A stretch of DNA of 64,000 bases. Source: a bacterium (GTDB lineage: Bacteria > Bacillota > Clostridia > Lachnospirales > Lachnospiraceae). Position 1 is the stretch's first letter, and every line of letters starts with the position of its first letter. The stretch covers positions 103,116-167,115 of the forward strand of contig JAMPCE010000001.1 in NCBI GenBank assembly GCA_023666335.1. The letters run 5' to 3'. The translations under genes and the position numbers were made by a program. The notes beneath the pieces were generated by a model. It had not been told where the DNA came from and made no database searches. It worked only from the letters and a program-made list of their open reading frames with translations. Shown here one piece after another: positions 27,186 to 34,889 of this stretch.

Positions 27186-28970
27186 GTGATTTTTGGCAAG
27201 CACATCAATCGCTATTATCTCAAATACGGACCGCTGCTTTTGCTTGGCATCGCGGCGCTTATTTTCGTGGACTATTTTCAACTGATCCTGCCGGAACTGT
27301 ACCGCATCGTGGTAAACGGCATGAACGGCGGTCCGGTGGAGATCGACGGCAGGCTGGTGCCTTTTACGATGGATGTGCTGTTGGATGAGGTATGCGCGCG
27401 GGCGATCGTGGTAATCTTAGTGATGGTAGTAGGGCGTTTTTTGTGGCGCGTTTCCTTTTACGGAGCGGCGATCCGCGTGGAGACGGATCTGCGCATCCGT
27501 ATGTTTGACCATTGTAAAGATCTCTCCCGCGACTATTTTCAGGTCAATAAAGTAGGCAATCTGATGAGCCTGTTTACCAACGACCTCGACACCATACAGG
27601 AGTGTTTCGGAGACGGCATTCTGTTCTTTTGCGATGCGCTGTTTCTGGGGCTTCTGGCGTTTTATAAGATGTGGCGGATGGACAGGGCGCTCACGGGGCT
27701 TTCCCTGATTCCGTTGATTCTCTTGTTTCTGCTGGGGATCACGCTGTTTCGGGCGATGGAGGCAAAATGGGAGGTCAGACAGGAGGCTTTCTCAAAACTC
27801 TCCGATTTTTCGCAGGAAAATTTTTCGGGACTTTCCGTGATCAAGGCTTTTGTGAAAGAACTGCTGGAACTTAAGGAATTTCAAAAGCTGAATCGGGAAA
27901 ATGAGGAAGTCAATGTAGAATATACCAGAATTTCCACGCTGTTAAATATATTGACGACCCTGCTGATCGAATCGGTGATCTGTGTGATCTTGGGCTACGG
28001 CGGTTATCTGGTTTACCGCGGCAGTTTCAATGCCGGGCAGCTGGTGGAGTATATCGTGTATTTTAATTCGATCATCTGGCCTGTGATGGCGGTTTCCATG
28101 CTGATCGACAAGTCTTCCAGGGGAAAGGCTTCCCTGAACCGGATCAGCGAGCTGTTGGAGGCAGAGATCACGGTGCAGGATCGTCCCGACGTGGAAGAAT
28201 ACCAAACGATGCGGGGTGAGATCGCGTTTCGGCATCTGTCGTTTCGCTATCCGGACGGGGAGAACGATGCGCTGACGGATGTTTCTTTTACCATAAAAGC
28301 GGGAGAGAGCGTGGGTATTGTCGGAAGAACGGGGTCCGGCAAGACCATTTTGGTGGATCTGATCCTGCGCACTTACAATGTGCCTGACGGGACGCTCTTT
28401 ATCGACGGGCGGGATGTAAACGAGATGTCCATCCGGTCCCTGCGGGCGGGCTGCGCCTATGTGCCGCAGGACAATTTCCTGTTTTCCGATACCATTGAAA
28501 ACAATATCGCCTTTGCGGCGGATGCGGTGGATCCTGCGCAGGTGATGCGGGCGGCGAAACTCTCCGACGTGCATGATGACGTCGCGGATTTTACGGACGG
28601 CTATCAGACGGTGCTGGGAGAGCGGGGCGTGACTGTTTCGGGCGGACAGAAACAGCGAATCTCGATCGCAAGAGCCCTGCTCAAAGACGCGGCGATCCTC
28701 ATTCTGGATGATTCCGTGTCGGCGGTTGATATGAAGACGGAAAAGGTCATCCTCGAAAATCTGCTGGAGGAGCGAAAGGGGAAGACGACCATCCTGATCG
28801 CGCACCGCATTTCCACGGTGGAGCGTATGGACAAGATCATTTTTGTAGAAGACGGCAGGGTGGAAGCGGTCGGCAGTCATAAAGAGCTGTGCGGATCCTG
28901 CGAGGCTTACCGCAGGATGGTGGAATTACAACGCCTTGAGGAGGAAGTTGGAGGTGGAGCCGATGTATGA
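27186..28970 (+). CDS. ABC exporter permease/ATPase fusion, the half with a degenerate Walker B
   Basis: A six-helix TMD plus an NBD. Walker A is GRTGSGKT and the signature is VSGGQKQR. Walker B is ILILDDSVSAVD, with Asp in place of the catalytic Glu. GTG start with a ggaggg RBS. Confidence 0.9.
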   Translation: MIFGKHINRYYLKYGPLLLLGIAALIFVDYFQLILPELYRIVVNGMNGGPVEIDGRLVPFTMDVLLDEVCARAIVVILVMVVGRFLWRVSFYGAAIRVETDLRIRMFDHCKDLSRDYFQVNKVGNLMSLFTNDLDTIQECFGDGILFFCDALFLGLLAFYKMWRMDRALTGLSLIPLILLFLLGITLFRAMEAKWEVRQEAFSKLSDFSQENFSGLSVIKAFVKELLELKEFQKLNRENEEVNVEYTRISTLLNILTTLLIESVICVILGYGGYLVYRGSFNAGQLVEYIVYFNSIIWPVMAVSMLIDKSSRGKASLNRISELLEAEITVQDRPDVEEYQTMRGEIAFRHLSFRYPDGENDALTDVSFTIKAGESVGIVGRTGSGKTILVDLILRTYNVPDGTLFIDGRDVNEMSIRSLRAGCAYVPQDNFLFSDTIENNIAFAADAVDPAQVMRAAKLSDVHDDVADFTDGYQTVLGERGVTVSGGQKQRISIARALLKDAAILILDDSVSAVDMKTEKVILENLLEERKGKTTILIAHRISTVERMDKIIFVEDGRVEAVGSHKELCGSCEAYRRMVELQRLEEEVGGGADV

Positions 28971-30864
28971 GTATTATCCGCTGCTTGTCGTGGGCGCGGT
29001 CGCAGGTGGCTTTTCGGCGGCGTTATTTGCGGCATACCTTTTGGTAAAAGATAAAAAAGAATCTATGGGTTTTGAGCGGCAGATGGAGGACCGGGAGATC
29101 ATGCGGCGGCTGATGGCGTATGCGAAGCCGTATTGGCGGGCTTTTCTGCTGGTCGGTCTGCTCATGCTCTTTTCCATTGCCTACGATGTGCTCTCGCCGC
29201 TGGTCATCGGCTGGATCGAGCAGCTGATCGTGGGGGAGTTTACCATGCCGCAGATCTACCGCGCCGTGGCGCTCTATTTGAGCATTTTGGCTGTATCTAT
29301 GGTCTGTACCTATGTACAGGCGATCGTTCTGCAAAAGACGGGACAGCGGATCATCTCCGTGATGCGCGAAGATCTCTTTCAGAAGATCGAAAGTCTGTCG
29401 CAGGAGCAGCTAAACAGCATACCGGTGGGGAAACTTGTGACGCGCATCACCAATGATACCAACGCGATCTCCATGATGTTTACGAATCTTCTGGTGAATT
29501 TTGTGAAGAATATCTTCGTCATCGCCGGGGTGCTTGTGGCAATGTTTCTGTTAAATTACGAGCTGACGCTGATGGTGCTGTGTTTCGTGCCGTTCATCAT
29601 TCTCTTTACGGTTATTTTCCGTAAATTCTCAAGACGGGCTTACCGCAGGGTGAAAGACCGCACCACGGATATCAACACCTACCTCTCGGAGAACCTTTCC
29701 GGCATCAAGATCACGCAGATTTTTAACAGAGAGGAAGCGAAGATGCGGGATTTCCAAAACAGAAGCTGCGCTCTGGGAAAAGCAAAGCAGGAGCAGATCC
29801 TGGTGTTTGGCATTTTCCGACCGCTCGTCTATATGCTCTATGTCAGTTCCGTGCTCTGCCTGCTGTACCTTGGCGGTAAGGGATATCTGGAGAACAAGGT
29901 TTTTCTGGGGCAGACGATTGCGAGCGGCACGCTGGTGTCTTTCTATATGTATATCTCAAAGTTTTATAATCCGATCCAGAATCTGGCGGAGCAGTTTAAC
30001 TGGTTACAGTCGGCTTTTGCCTCGGCGGAGAAAGTCTTTACGATCATGGATCTTGTGCCTGTCATACAGGATGCGCCCGACGCGGTTGAGCTTTCTAAGA
30101 TTAGAGGGGAGATCGAGTTTCGGGACGTCTGGTTTTCCTATGTGGAGGGCGAGTGGGTGTTAAAGGGCGTCTCTTTCCATGTGGACCCGGGACAGACCGT
30201 GGCTTTTGTGGGTTCCACGGGATCCGGAAAAACGACAATCCTGTCACTTTTATGCAGAAATTACGAGTTCCAAAAGGGTGAGATTCTGGTGGACGGGATC
30301 GATATCCGAAAGATCCGCATCAGCTCCCTGCGCAGGCAGTTCGGGCAGATGCTCCAGGACGTGTTCCTTTTTTCGGGAACCATCCGCAGCAACATCGCGC
30401 TGCGCGATGAGACGATCGCGGAGGAGGAGATCCTTGCGGCCTGCCGCTATGTCAATGCGGATCATTTTATCAGGAAGCTGGAGCGGGGACTCGACGAGGA
30501 AGTGCGGGAGCGCGGCAACAATTTCTCGGCGGGAGAGCGGCAGCTGTTGTCCTTTGCCCGCACCATCGTCCACAAGCCAGCCGTGATGATCTTGGACGAG
30601 GCGACGGCAAATATTGACACGGAGACGGAAATTTTGATTCAGGATTCGTTGGAAAAAATGCAGAATATCGGCACCATGCTGATGGTGGCGCACAGACTTT
30701 CCACGATCCGCAACGCGGACAACATCATCGTGCTGTCCCACGGAAAGATCATCGAGCAGGGGAACCATCAGGAACTGCTTGCCATGCAGGGAAAATATTA
30801 CAGGCTCTATCATTTGCAGTCGAGACGGGAGGAGATGGAGCAGGAGCGCAGGGCGGCGCTGTAG
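28963..30864 (+). CDS. ABC exporter permease/ATPase fusion, the half with a degenerate signature
   Basis: Walker A is GSTGSGKTT. Walker B is MILDEATANID, with a canonical Glu. The signature FSAGERQ is degenerate. The H-loop is AHRLST. The start is reset to the ATG (MYEYYPLL) behind a ggaggtggag RBS and overlaps the upstream stop (ATGTATGA). Confidence 0.9.
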   Translation: MYEYYPLLVVGAVAGGFSAALFAAYLLVKDKKESMGFERQMEDREIMRRLMAYAKPYWRAFLLVGLLMLFSIAYDVLSPLVIGWIEQLIVGEFTMPQIYRAVALYLSILAVSMVCTYVQAIVLQKTGQRIISVMREDLFQKIESLSQEQLNSIPVGKLVTRITNDTNAISMMFTNLLVNFVKNIFVIAGVLVAMFLLNYELTLMVLCFVPFIILFTVIFRKFSRRAYRRVKDRTTDINTYLSENLSGIKITQIFNREEAKMRDFQNRSCALGKAKQEQILVFGIFRPLVYMLYVSSVLCLLYLGGKGYLENKVFLGQTIASGTLVSFYMYISKFYNPIQNLAEQFNWLQSAFASAEKVFTIMDLVPVIQDAPDAVELSKIRGEIEFRDVWFSYVEGEWVLKGVSFHVDPGQTVAFVGSTGSGKTTILSLLCRNYEFQKGEILVDGIDIRKIRISSLRRQFGQMLQDVFLFSGTIRSNIALRDETIAEEEILAACRYVNADHFIRKLERGLDEEVRERGNNFSAGERQLLSFARTIVHKPAVMILDEATANIDTETEILIQDSLEKMQNIGTMLMVAHRLSTIRNADNIIVLSHGKIIEQGNHQELLAMQGKYYRLYHLQSRREEMEQERRAAL

Positions 30865-30868
30865 CGCG

Positions 30869-31582
30869 TCAGGCGGGATCGTCCCCTGCGGCAGCTTCCT
30901 CCTCGTATGCCTGTAAAAGGCGCATTCCCGCCGTTTCGGTGACGGGCAGGGAGAAGATGACGGACTTTGCTTTTGTGGTAAGTCCCGCTTCTTCCATGAT
31001 GGCGCTCATGATCGCGTTTTTCTGCTCCTTTTTGACGACGATGAAGATCAGCTCCTTTTCGGAGGCAAGGGTGACGCCCAGGAATTTATCGGCGCTTTCC
31101 ATGCCCGTTCCTTTGGCGTGGATGACGGTGCCGCCGCCCGCGTTCATTTTTCTGGCGGCATCCATGACCGGTTCCGTGTAGCCCTGATTGGCGATGATGA
31201 CCAGAAGTTCATATTTGGTGTCTTTCAAAACAGATTCCTCTCCTTTCTCAAAGGGCTGACCGCCTGTCAGGAATTTCAGCTGCCGCATACCGCCGATGCT
31301 GGCGAGGGGGATGATGAATGCGACGCCGGTGCCGGGAATGTCGATCCGCATTTCCTGTTCCAGCCCGGTTTTGATTTTTTTCCACGTTTTGCGGGTGACG
31401 ATCGAGAAGATCACGGCTTTTTCCGTGCCGTCCAGCCCGAAGTAGTCCAGGACCTCGTGGCCGGCCGTTCCGTTTCCCAGCGTGATAAAGTTTACCGGAA
31501 CGCCCTGCCTGTCATAAAAGGCGGCGAAGTCTCGTGTGCGGTCGCGTGTGATGATAGCTGTCATCATATATAATTCACTCAT
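30869..31582 (-). CDS. Tandem PII-like (GlnB-fold) protein, two repeats of about 110 aa each
   Basis: The two halves are internally similar. The second half, ELLVIIANQGYTEPVMDAARKMNAGGGTVIHAKGTG..., is PII-like; the first half, MTAIITRDRTRDFAAFYDRQGVPVNFITLGNGTAGHEV..., is more diverged. It is co-oriented with and directly downstream of the DUF1538 gene. Confidence 0.65.
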   Translation of the reverse strand: MSELYMMTAIITRDRTRDFAAFYDRQGVPVNFITLGNGTAGHEVLDYFGLDGTEKAVIFSIVTRKTWKKIKTGLEQEMRIDIPGTGVAFIIPLASIGGMRQLKFLTGGQPFEKGEESVLKDTKYELLVIIANQGYTEPVMDAARKMNAGGGTVIHAKGTGMESADKFLGVTLASEKELIFIVVKKEQKNAIMSAIMEEAGLTTKAKSVIFSLPVTETAGMRLLQAYEEEAAAGDDPA

Positions 31583-31655
31583 GGTGTTCTCCATTCCGGA
31601 GCGTTTACGCGAAAAATCAGCACATCAGTGTGATTTTTCAAACGAATCCTCCGTA

Positions 31656-33212
31656 TTAAAGTTCTATGATCAGGTCTTCCGCCTCGGATCCGGCGGTCAG
31701 GGCAGCGCCGATGGAAACTGCTTTACGCCGCACGCGGGTTCTGTCAGAGGCGCGGTATTTTGCAAGAATGCCAAGGAGCTGGATCGTGATGAGCGGCGTC
31801 ATGGCGACCATAGCCACGATGCCGAAAGCGTCCGTTACAATATTGCCGCCGATCGCGCTGCATGCTCCCTGCGCCAGCGGAAGCAGGAAAGCTGCCGTCA
31901 TGGGTCCGGAAGCGACGCCGCCGGAATCAAAGGCGATCGCGGTGTAGATCTTCGGGACGAAGAAAGAGATCAACAGGGCAAAGGTGTAGCCGGGGATCAG
32001 GAACCACATCACGGAGATTCCGGTCAGTACGCGGAGCATGGCGATGCCGAGGGAGAGCGCTACGCCTGCGGAGAGGCAGGTTCCCATAGATTTTGCGGAG
32101 ATGGCGCCGTCCGTGATCTCTTCGACCTGTTTGTTCAGCACATAGACCGCAGGCTCCGCCTTGACGATAAAAAAGCCCATGATCATGGCGATCGGTATGA
32201 GAAACCAGGGGCGTGGCGAAGAGGCGAGCATCTGACCGAGATAGTTCCCAGCAGGCATAAAGCCGACGTTTGCGCCTGTCATGAACAGGACCAGCCCGAT
32301 GTAGGTATAGGCAAGGCCGATACACATTTTGGAGAGCGTCCGCTTCGAGAGCCGCAGGACAAACGCCTGAAAAAGCCCGAAAAACAGGACGATCGGCAGG
32401 AGGGAAACGGCAATCTCCGACAGATAGGTGGGAAACCCGTGGTGGAAGAGCGACCACAGTTCCACGGAAGTATCGACGGAAGGGATCACGGGCGGTATGT
32501 AGGCGCTTTCCCTTGGGCGGTAGATCATCCCGAGGATCAGTACCGACAGGATGGGGCCGATCGAACACAGCGCGACCAGACCGAAGCTGTCGTCCGCGGC
32601 ATGGCGGTCGTTTCGGATGGCGGCAACGCCCAGCCCCAGCGCCATGATAAAGGGCACGGTCATCGGTCCGGTGGTGACGCCGCCGGAATCAAAGGCGACG
32701 CTTAAAAAATCAACCGGAACAAAAGGCGTCAGCAAAAAGATCAGGAGATAGAAAAAGATCAGAAGCGGCGGCAGAGGAATGCGGAACAGCATACGCAGCA
32801 GGGCAATCACCAGAAACAGCCCTACGCCTCCCGCCACGGCGCCGATCAGAATAGCGCTCGGAATGGAGGGAACCTGTCCGGCAAGCACCTGGAGATCCGG
32901 CTCGGAGACGGTAATGATAAAACCAAGCAGGAGGGACAGCAGCACGATCACGGTGAGTTTTTTGCTCTTTGTCATGCAGGTGCCGACTTTTTCGCCCATA
33001 GGCGTCATGGCAACCTCCGCGCCAAGCGTAAAGAACATCATACCTAAGATCAGAAGAACCGCACCGATCAGAAAGCAAAGCAGGATGCTCGGCGAGATCG
33101 GCGCCACGGAAAAGCATAAGATGAGAACGATCACGATGATCGGCAGTACGGCGGTAAGCGCTTCCCGCAGTTTTTCCTTTAATTTTTCGAGTAACAGTTT
33201 TTTTGCGCGCAA
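31656..33212 (-). CDS. DUF1538-type polytopic membrane protein (internally duplicated permease-like)
   Basis: 518 aa with about 12-14 hydrophobic helices in two similar halves. I recall this family being annotated as DUF1538. Confidence 0.7.
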   Translation of the reverse strand: MRAKKLLLEKLKEKLREALTAVLPIIVIVLILCFSVAPISPSILLCFLIGAVLLILGMMFFTLGAEVAMTPMGEKVGTCMTKSKKLTVIVLLSLLLGFIITVSEPDLQVLAGQVPSIPSAILIGAVAGGVGLFLVIALLRMLFRIPLPPLLIFFYLLIFLLTPFVPVDFLSVAFDSGGVTTGPMTVPFIMALGLGVAAIRNDRHAADDSFGLVALCSIGPILSVLILGMIYRPRESAYIPPVIPSVDTSVELWSLFHHGFPTYLSEIAVSLLPIVLFFGLFQAFVLRLSKRTLSKMCIGLAYTYIGLVLFMTGANVGFMPAGNYLGQMLASSPRPWFLIPIAMIMGFFIVKAEPAVYVLNKQVEEITDGAISAKSMGTCLSAGVALSLGIAMLRVLTGISVMWFLIPGYTFALLISFFVPKIYTAIAFDSGGVASGPMTAAFLLPLAQGACSAIGGNIVTDAFGIVAMVAMTPLITIQLLGILAKYRASDRTRVRRKAVSIGAALTAGSEAEDLIIEL

Positions 33213-33310
33213 ACGGGTTCCTCACTTTTGTTTCATGTATTCGCTTCTGTGTATATGATAGCCTGAATCGCGGATTCTGGCAAGGGCGAAAAGGAACGGA
33301 ATTCGTCGGC

Positions 33311-33339
33311 TTGCGCGGCGGGCGGGAAAATGCTATGAT
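33311..33339 (+). promoter_or_regulatory. Candidate sigma-A promoter for ruvB (TTGCGC -17- TATGAT)
   Basis: -35 ttgcgc at 33311-16, a 17-nt spacer, and -10 tatgat at 33334-39, located 45 nt before the ruvB ATG. Confidence 0.4.
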
Positions 33340-33383
33340 GGGAACGGGAAAAGGGGCGGCAGGCGCCCGGTATGGAGAGTCAT

Positions 33384-34382
33384 ATGGCGGATAGAATGAT
33401 CGAGACAAACTTAATAGAGGAAGATATCAGGATAGAGGGGTCGCTTCGTCCCCAGAAGCTTATTGACTATATTGGTCAAGAGAAAGTGAAAGACAACCTG
33501 AAAATCTACATCGAGGCGGCGAAACAGCGGGGCGACGCGCTGGATCATGTGCTCTTTTACGGACCGCCGGGTCTGGGAAAGACGACGCTTGCAGGCATCA
33601 TTGCCAATGAGATGGGCGTCCATATGAAAGTGACGAGCGGTCCTGCCATTGAAAAGCCGGGGGAGATGGCGGCAATCTTAAATAACCTACAGGAGGGGGA
33701 TATCCTGTTTGTGGACGAGATCCACAGGCTGAACCGTCAGGTGGAGGAGGTACTGTATCCCGCGATGGAAGATTATGCCATAGACATTATGATCGGGAAA
33801 GGGCCGACCGCCCGCTCGATCCGCCTGGATCTGCCGCACTTTACGCTGGTGGGGGCGACGACCAGGGCGGGACTTCTGACGGCGCCGCTCAGGGACCGTT
33901 TCGGTGTGATCCACAGGCTGGAATTTTATACCGTGGAGGAACTTACGGTCATCATCAGGCAGTCTGCGGCAAAACTTTCCGTGACGATCGACGAGAAAGG
34001 GGCGGTGGAGCTGGCAAGACGGAGCCGGGGAACGCCGCGCCTTGCAAACCGGATCCTGAAACGGGTGCGGGATTTCGCACAGGTAAAGTATGACGGCGAG
34101 ATCACGGAAGAAGTGGCAAAAGTGGCGCTCGACCTGATGGATGTGGATAAAATGGGGCTTGACCATGTGGACAGGAATCTGTTGACGACCATGATCGAGA
34201 AATTCAAAGGAGGTCCGGTGGGGCTTGACACGCTGGCTGCGGCGATCGGCGAGGATGCCGGAACGATAGAGGATGTCTGCGAGCCTTACCTGATCCAGAA
34301 CGGCTTTTTGAACCGCACGCCGCGGGGCAGGGTGGTCACGGAGCTTGCTTATCGACATTTTGGACTTGAAATTCCGCTTTAA
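33384..34382 (+). CDS. ruvB: Holliday junction DNA helicase RuvB
   Basis: ...[59 protein letters not shown]... An AAA+ Walker A motif is present. An alternative ATG lies 12 nt upstream. Confidence 0.95.
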   Translation: MADRMIETNLIEEDIRIEGSLRPQKLIDYIGQEKVKDNLKIYIEAAKQRGDALDHVLFYGPPGLGKTTLAGIIANEMGVHMKVTSGPAIEKPGEMAAILNNLQEGDILFVDEIHRLNRQVEEVLYPAMEDYAIDIMIGKGPTARSIRLDLPHFTLVGATTRAGLLTAPLRDRFGVIHRLEFYTVEELTVIIRQSAAKLSVTIDEKGAVELARRSRGTPRLANRILKRVRDFAQVKYDGEITEEVAKVALDLMDVDKMGLDHVDRNLLTTMIEKFKGGPVGLDTLAAAIGEDAGTIEDVCEPYLIQNGFLNRTPRGRVVTELAYRHFGLEIPL

Positions 34383-34434
34383 TGCGTCTATAATAAAAGT
34401 GATAGTGTAATGAGACGAAGTCTAAGGAGCGCCT

Positions 34435-34842
34435 ATGTCAACAAAAACAGATACGGAAGTGATCATCGCCGGCAAGGTTTTCACGCTGAGCGGTTACGAG
34501 AGTGAGGAATATCTGCAAAAGGTGGCCTCCTACATAAACAATAAGATTGCCGAGTACAATAAGATCGACAGTTTTAAGCGGCAGCCGATGGATACGCAGA
34601 ATGTGCTGTTGCAGCTGAACATCGCGGATGATTATTTTAAGGCGAAGAAACAGATCGGGATGTTGGAAGAAGACCTGAAAAACAAAAACGACGAGGTCTA
34701 CGCCTTAAAGCACGATCTGATTGCGGCGCAGATGAAGTTAGAGAATACGGAAAAGAACGTGAAGACGCTTCAGAACGAGGCGAATGAGAATGCAAAGCAG
34801 ATGGTCCGTATGGAGACGGAACTGCGGGAACGGAAAAAGTAA
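34435..34842 (+). CDS. zapA: Cell division protein ZapA family
   Basis: An N-terminal VIIAGKVFTLSGYESEEYLQKVASYINNKI ZapA domain followed by a coiled coil. RBS aaggag. Confidence 0.65.
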   Translation: MSTKTDTEVIIAGKVFTLSGYESEEYLQKVASYINNKIAEYNKIDSFKRQPMDTQNVLLQLNIADDYFKAKKQIGMLEEDLKNKNDEVYALKHDLIAAQMKLENTEKNVKTLQNEANENAKQMVRMETELRERKK

Positions 34843-34849
34843 AAGGAAA

Positions 34850-34878
34850 GTCAGGCTTACAAGAGCCTGACTTTCTTG
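34850..34878 (+). terminator. Hairpin after zapA (weak terminator)
   Basis: gtcaggct tacaag agcctgac followed by tttcttg. Confidence 0.45.
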
Positions 34879-34889
34879 CGGAGTAAGCG

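Noticed and set aside
31536-32705. 389-aa plus-strand ORF, rich in Arg, Gly, His and Asp
   Set aside because: It lies entirely antisense to the DUF1538 permease gene. Its composition is low-complexity and typical of a spurious frame in GC-rich coding DNA, and it has no RBS.
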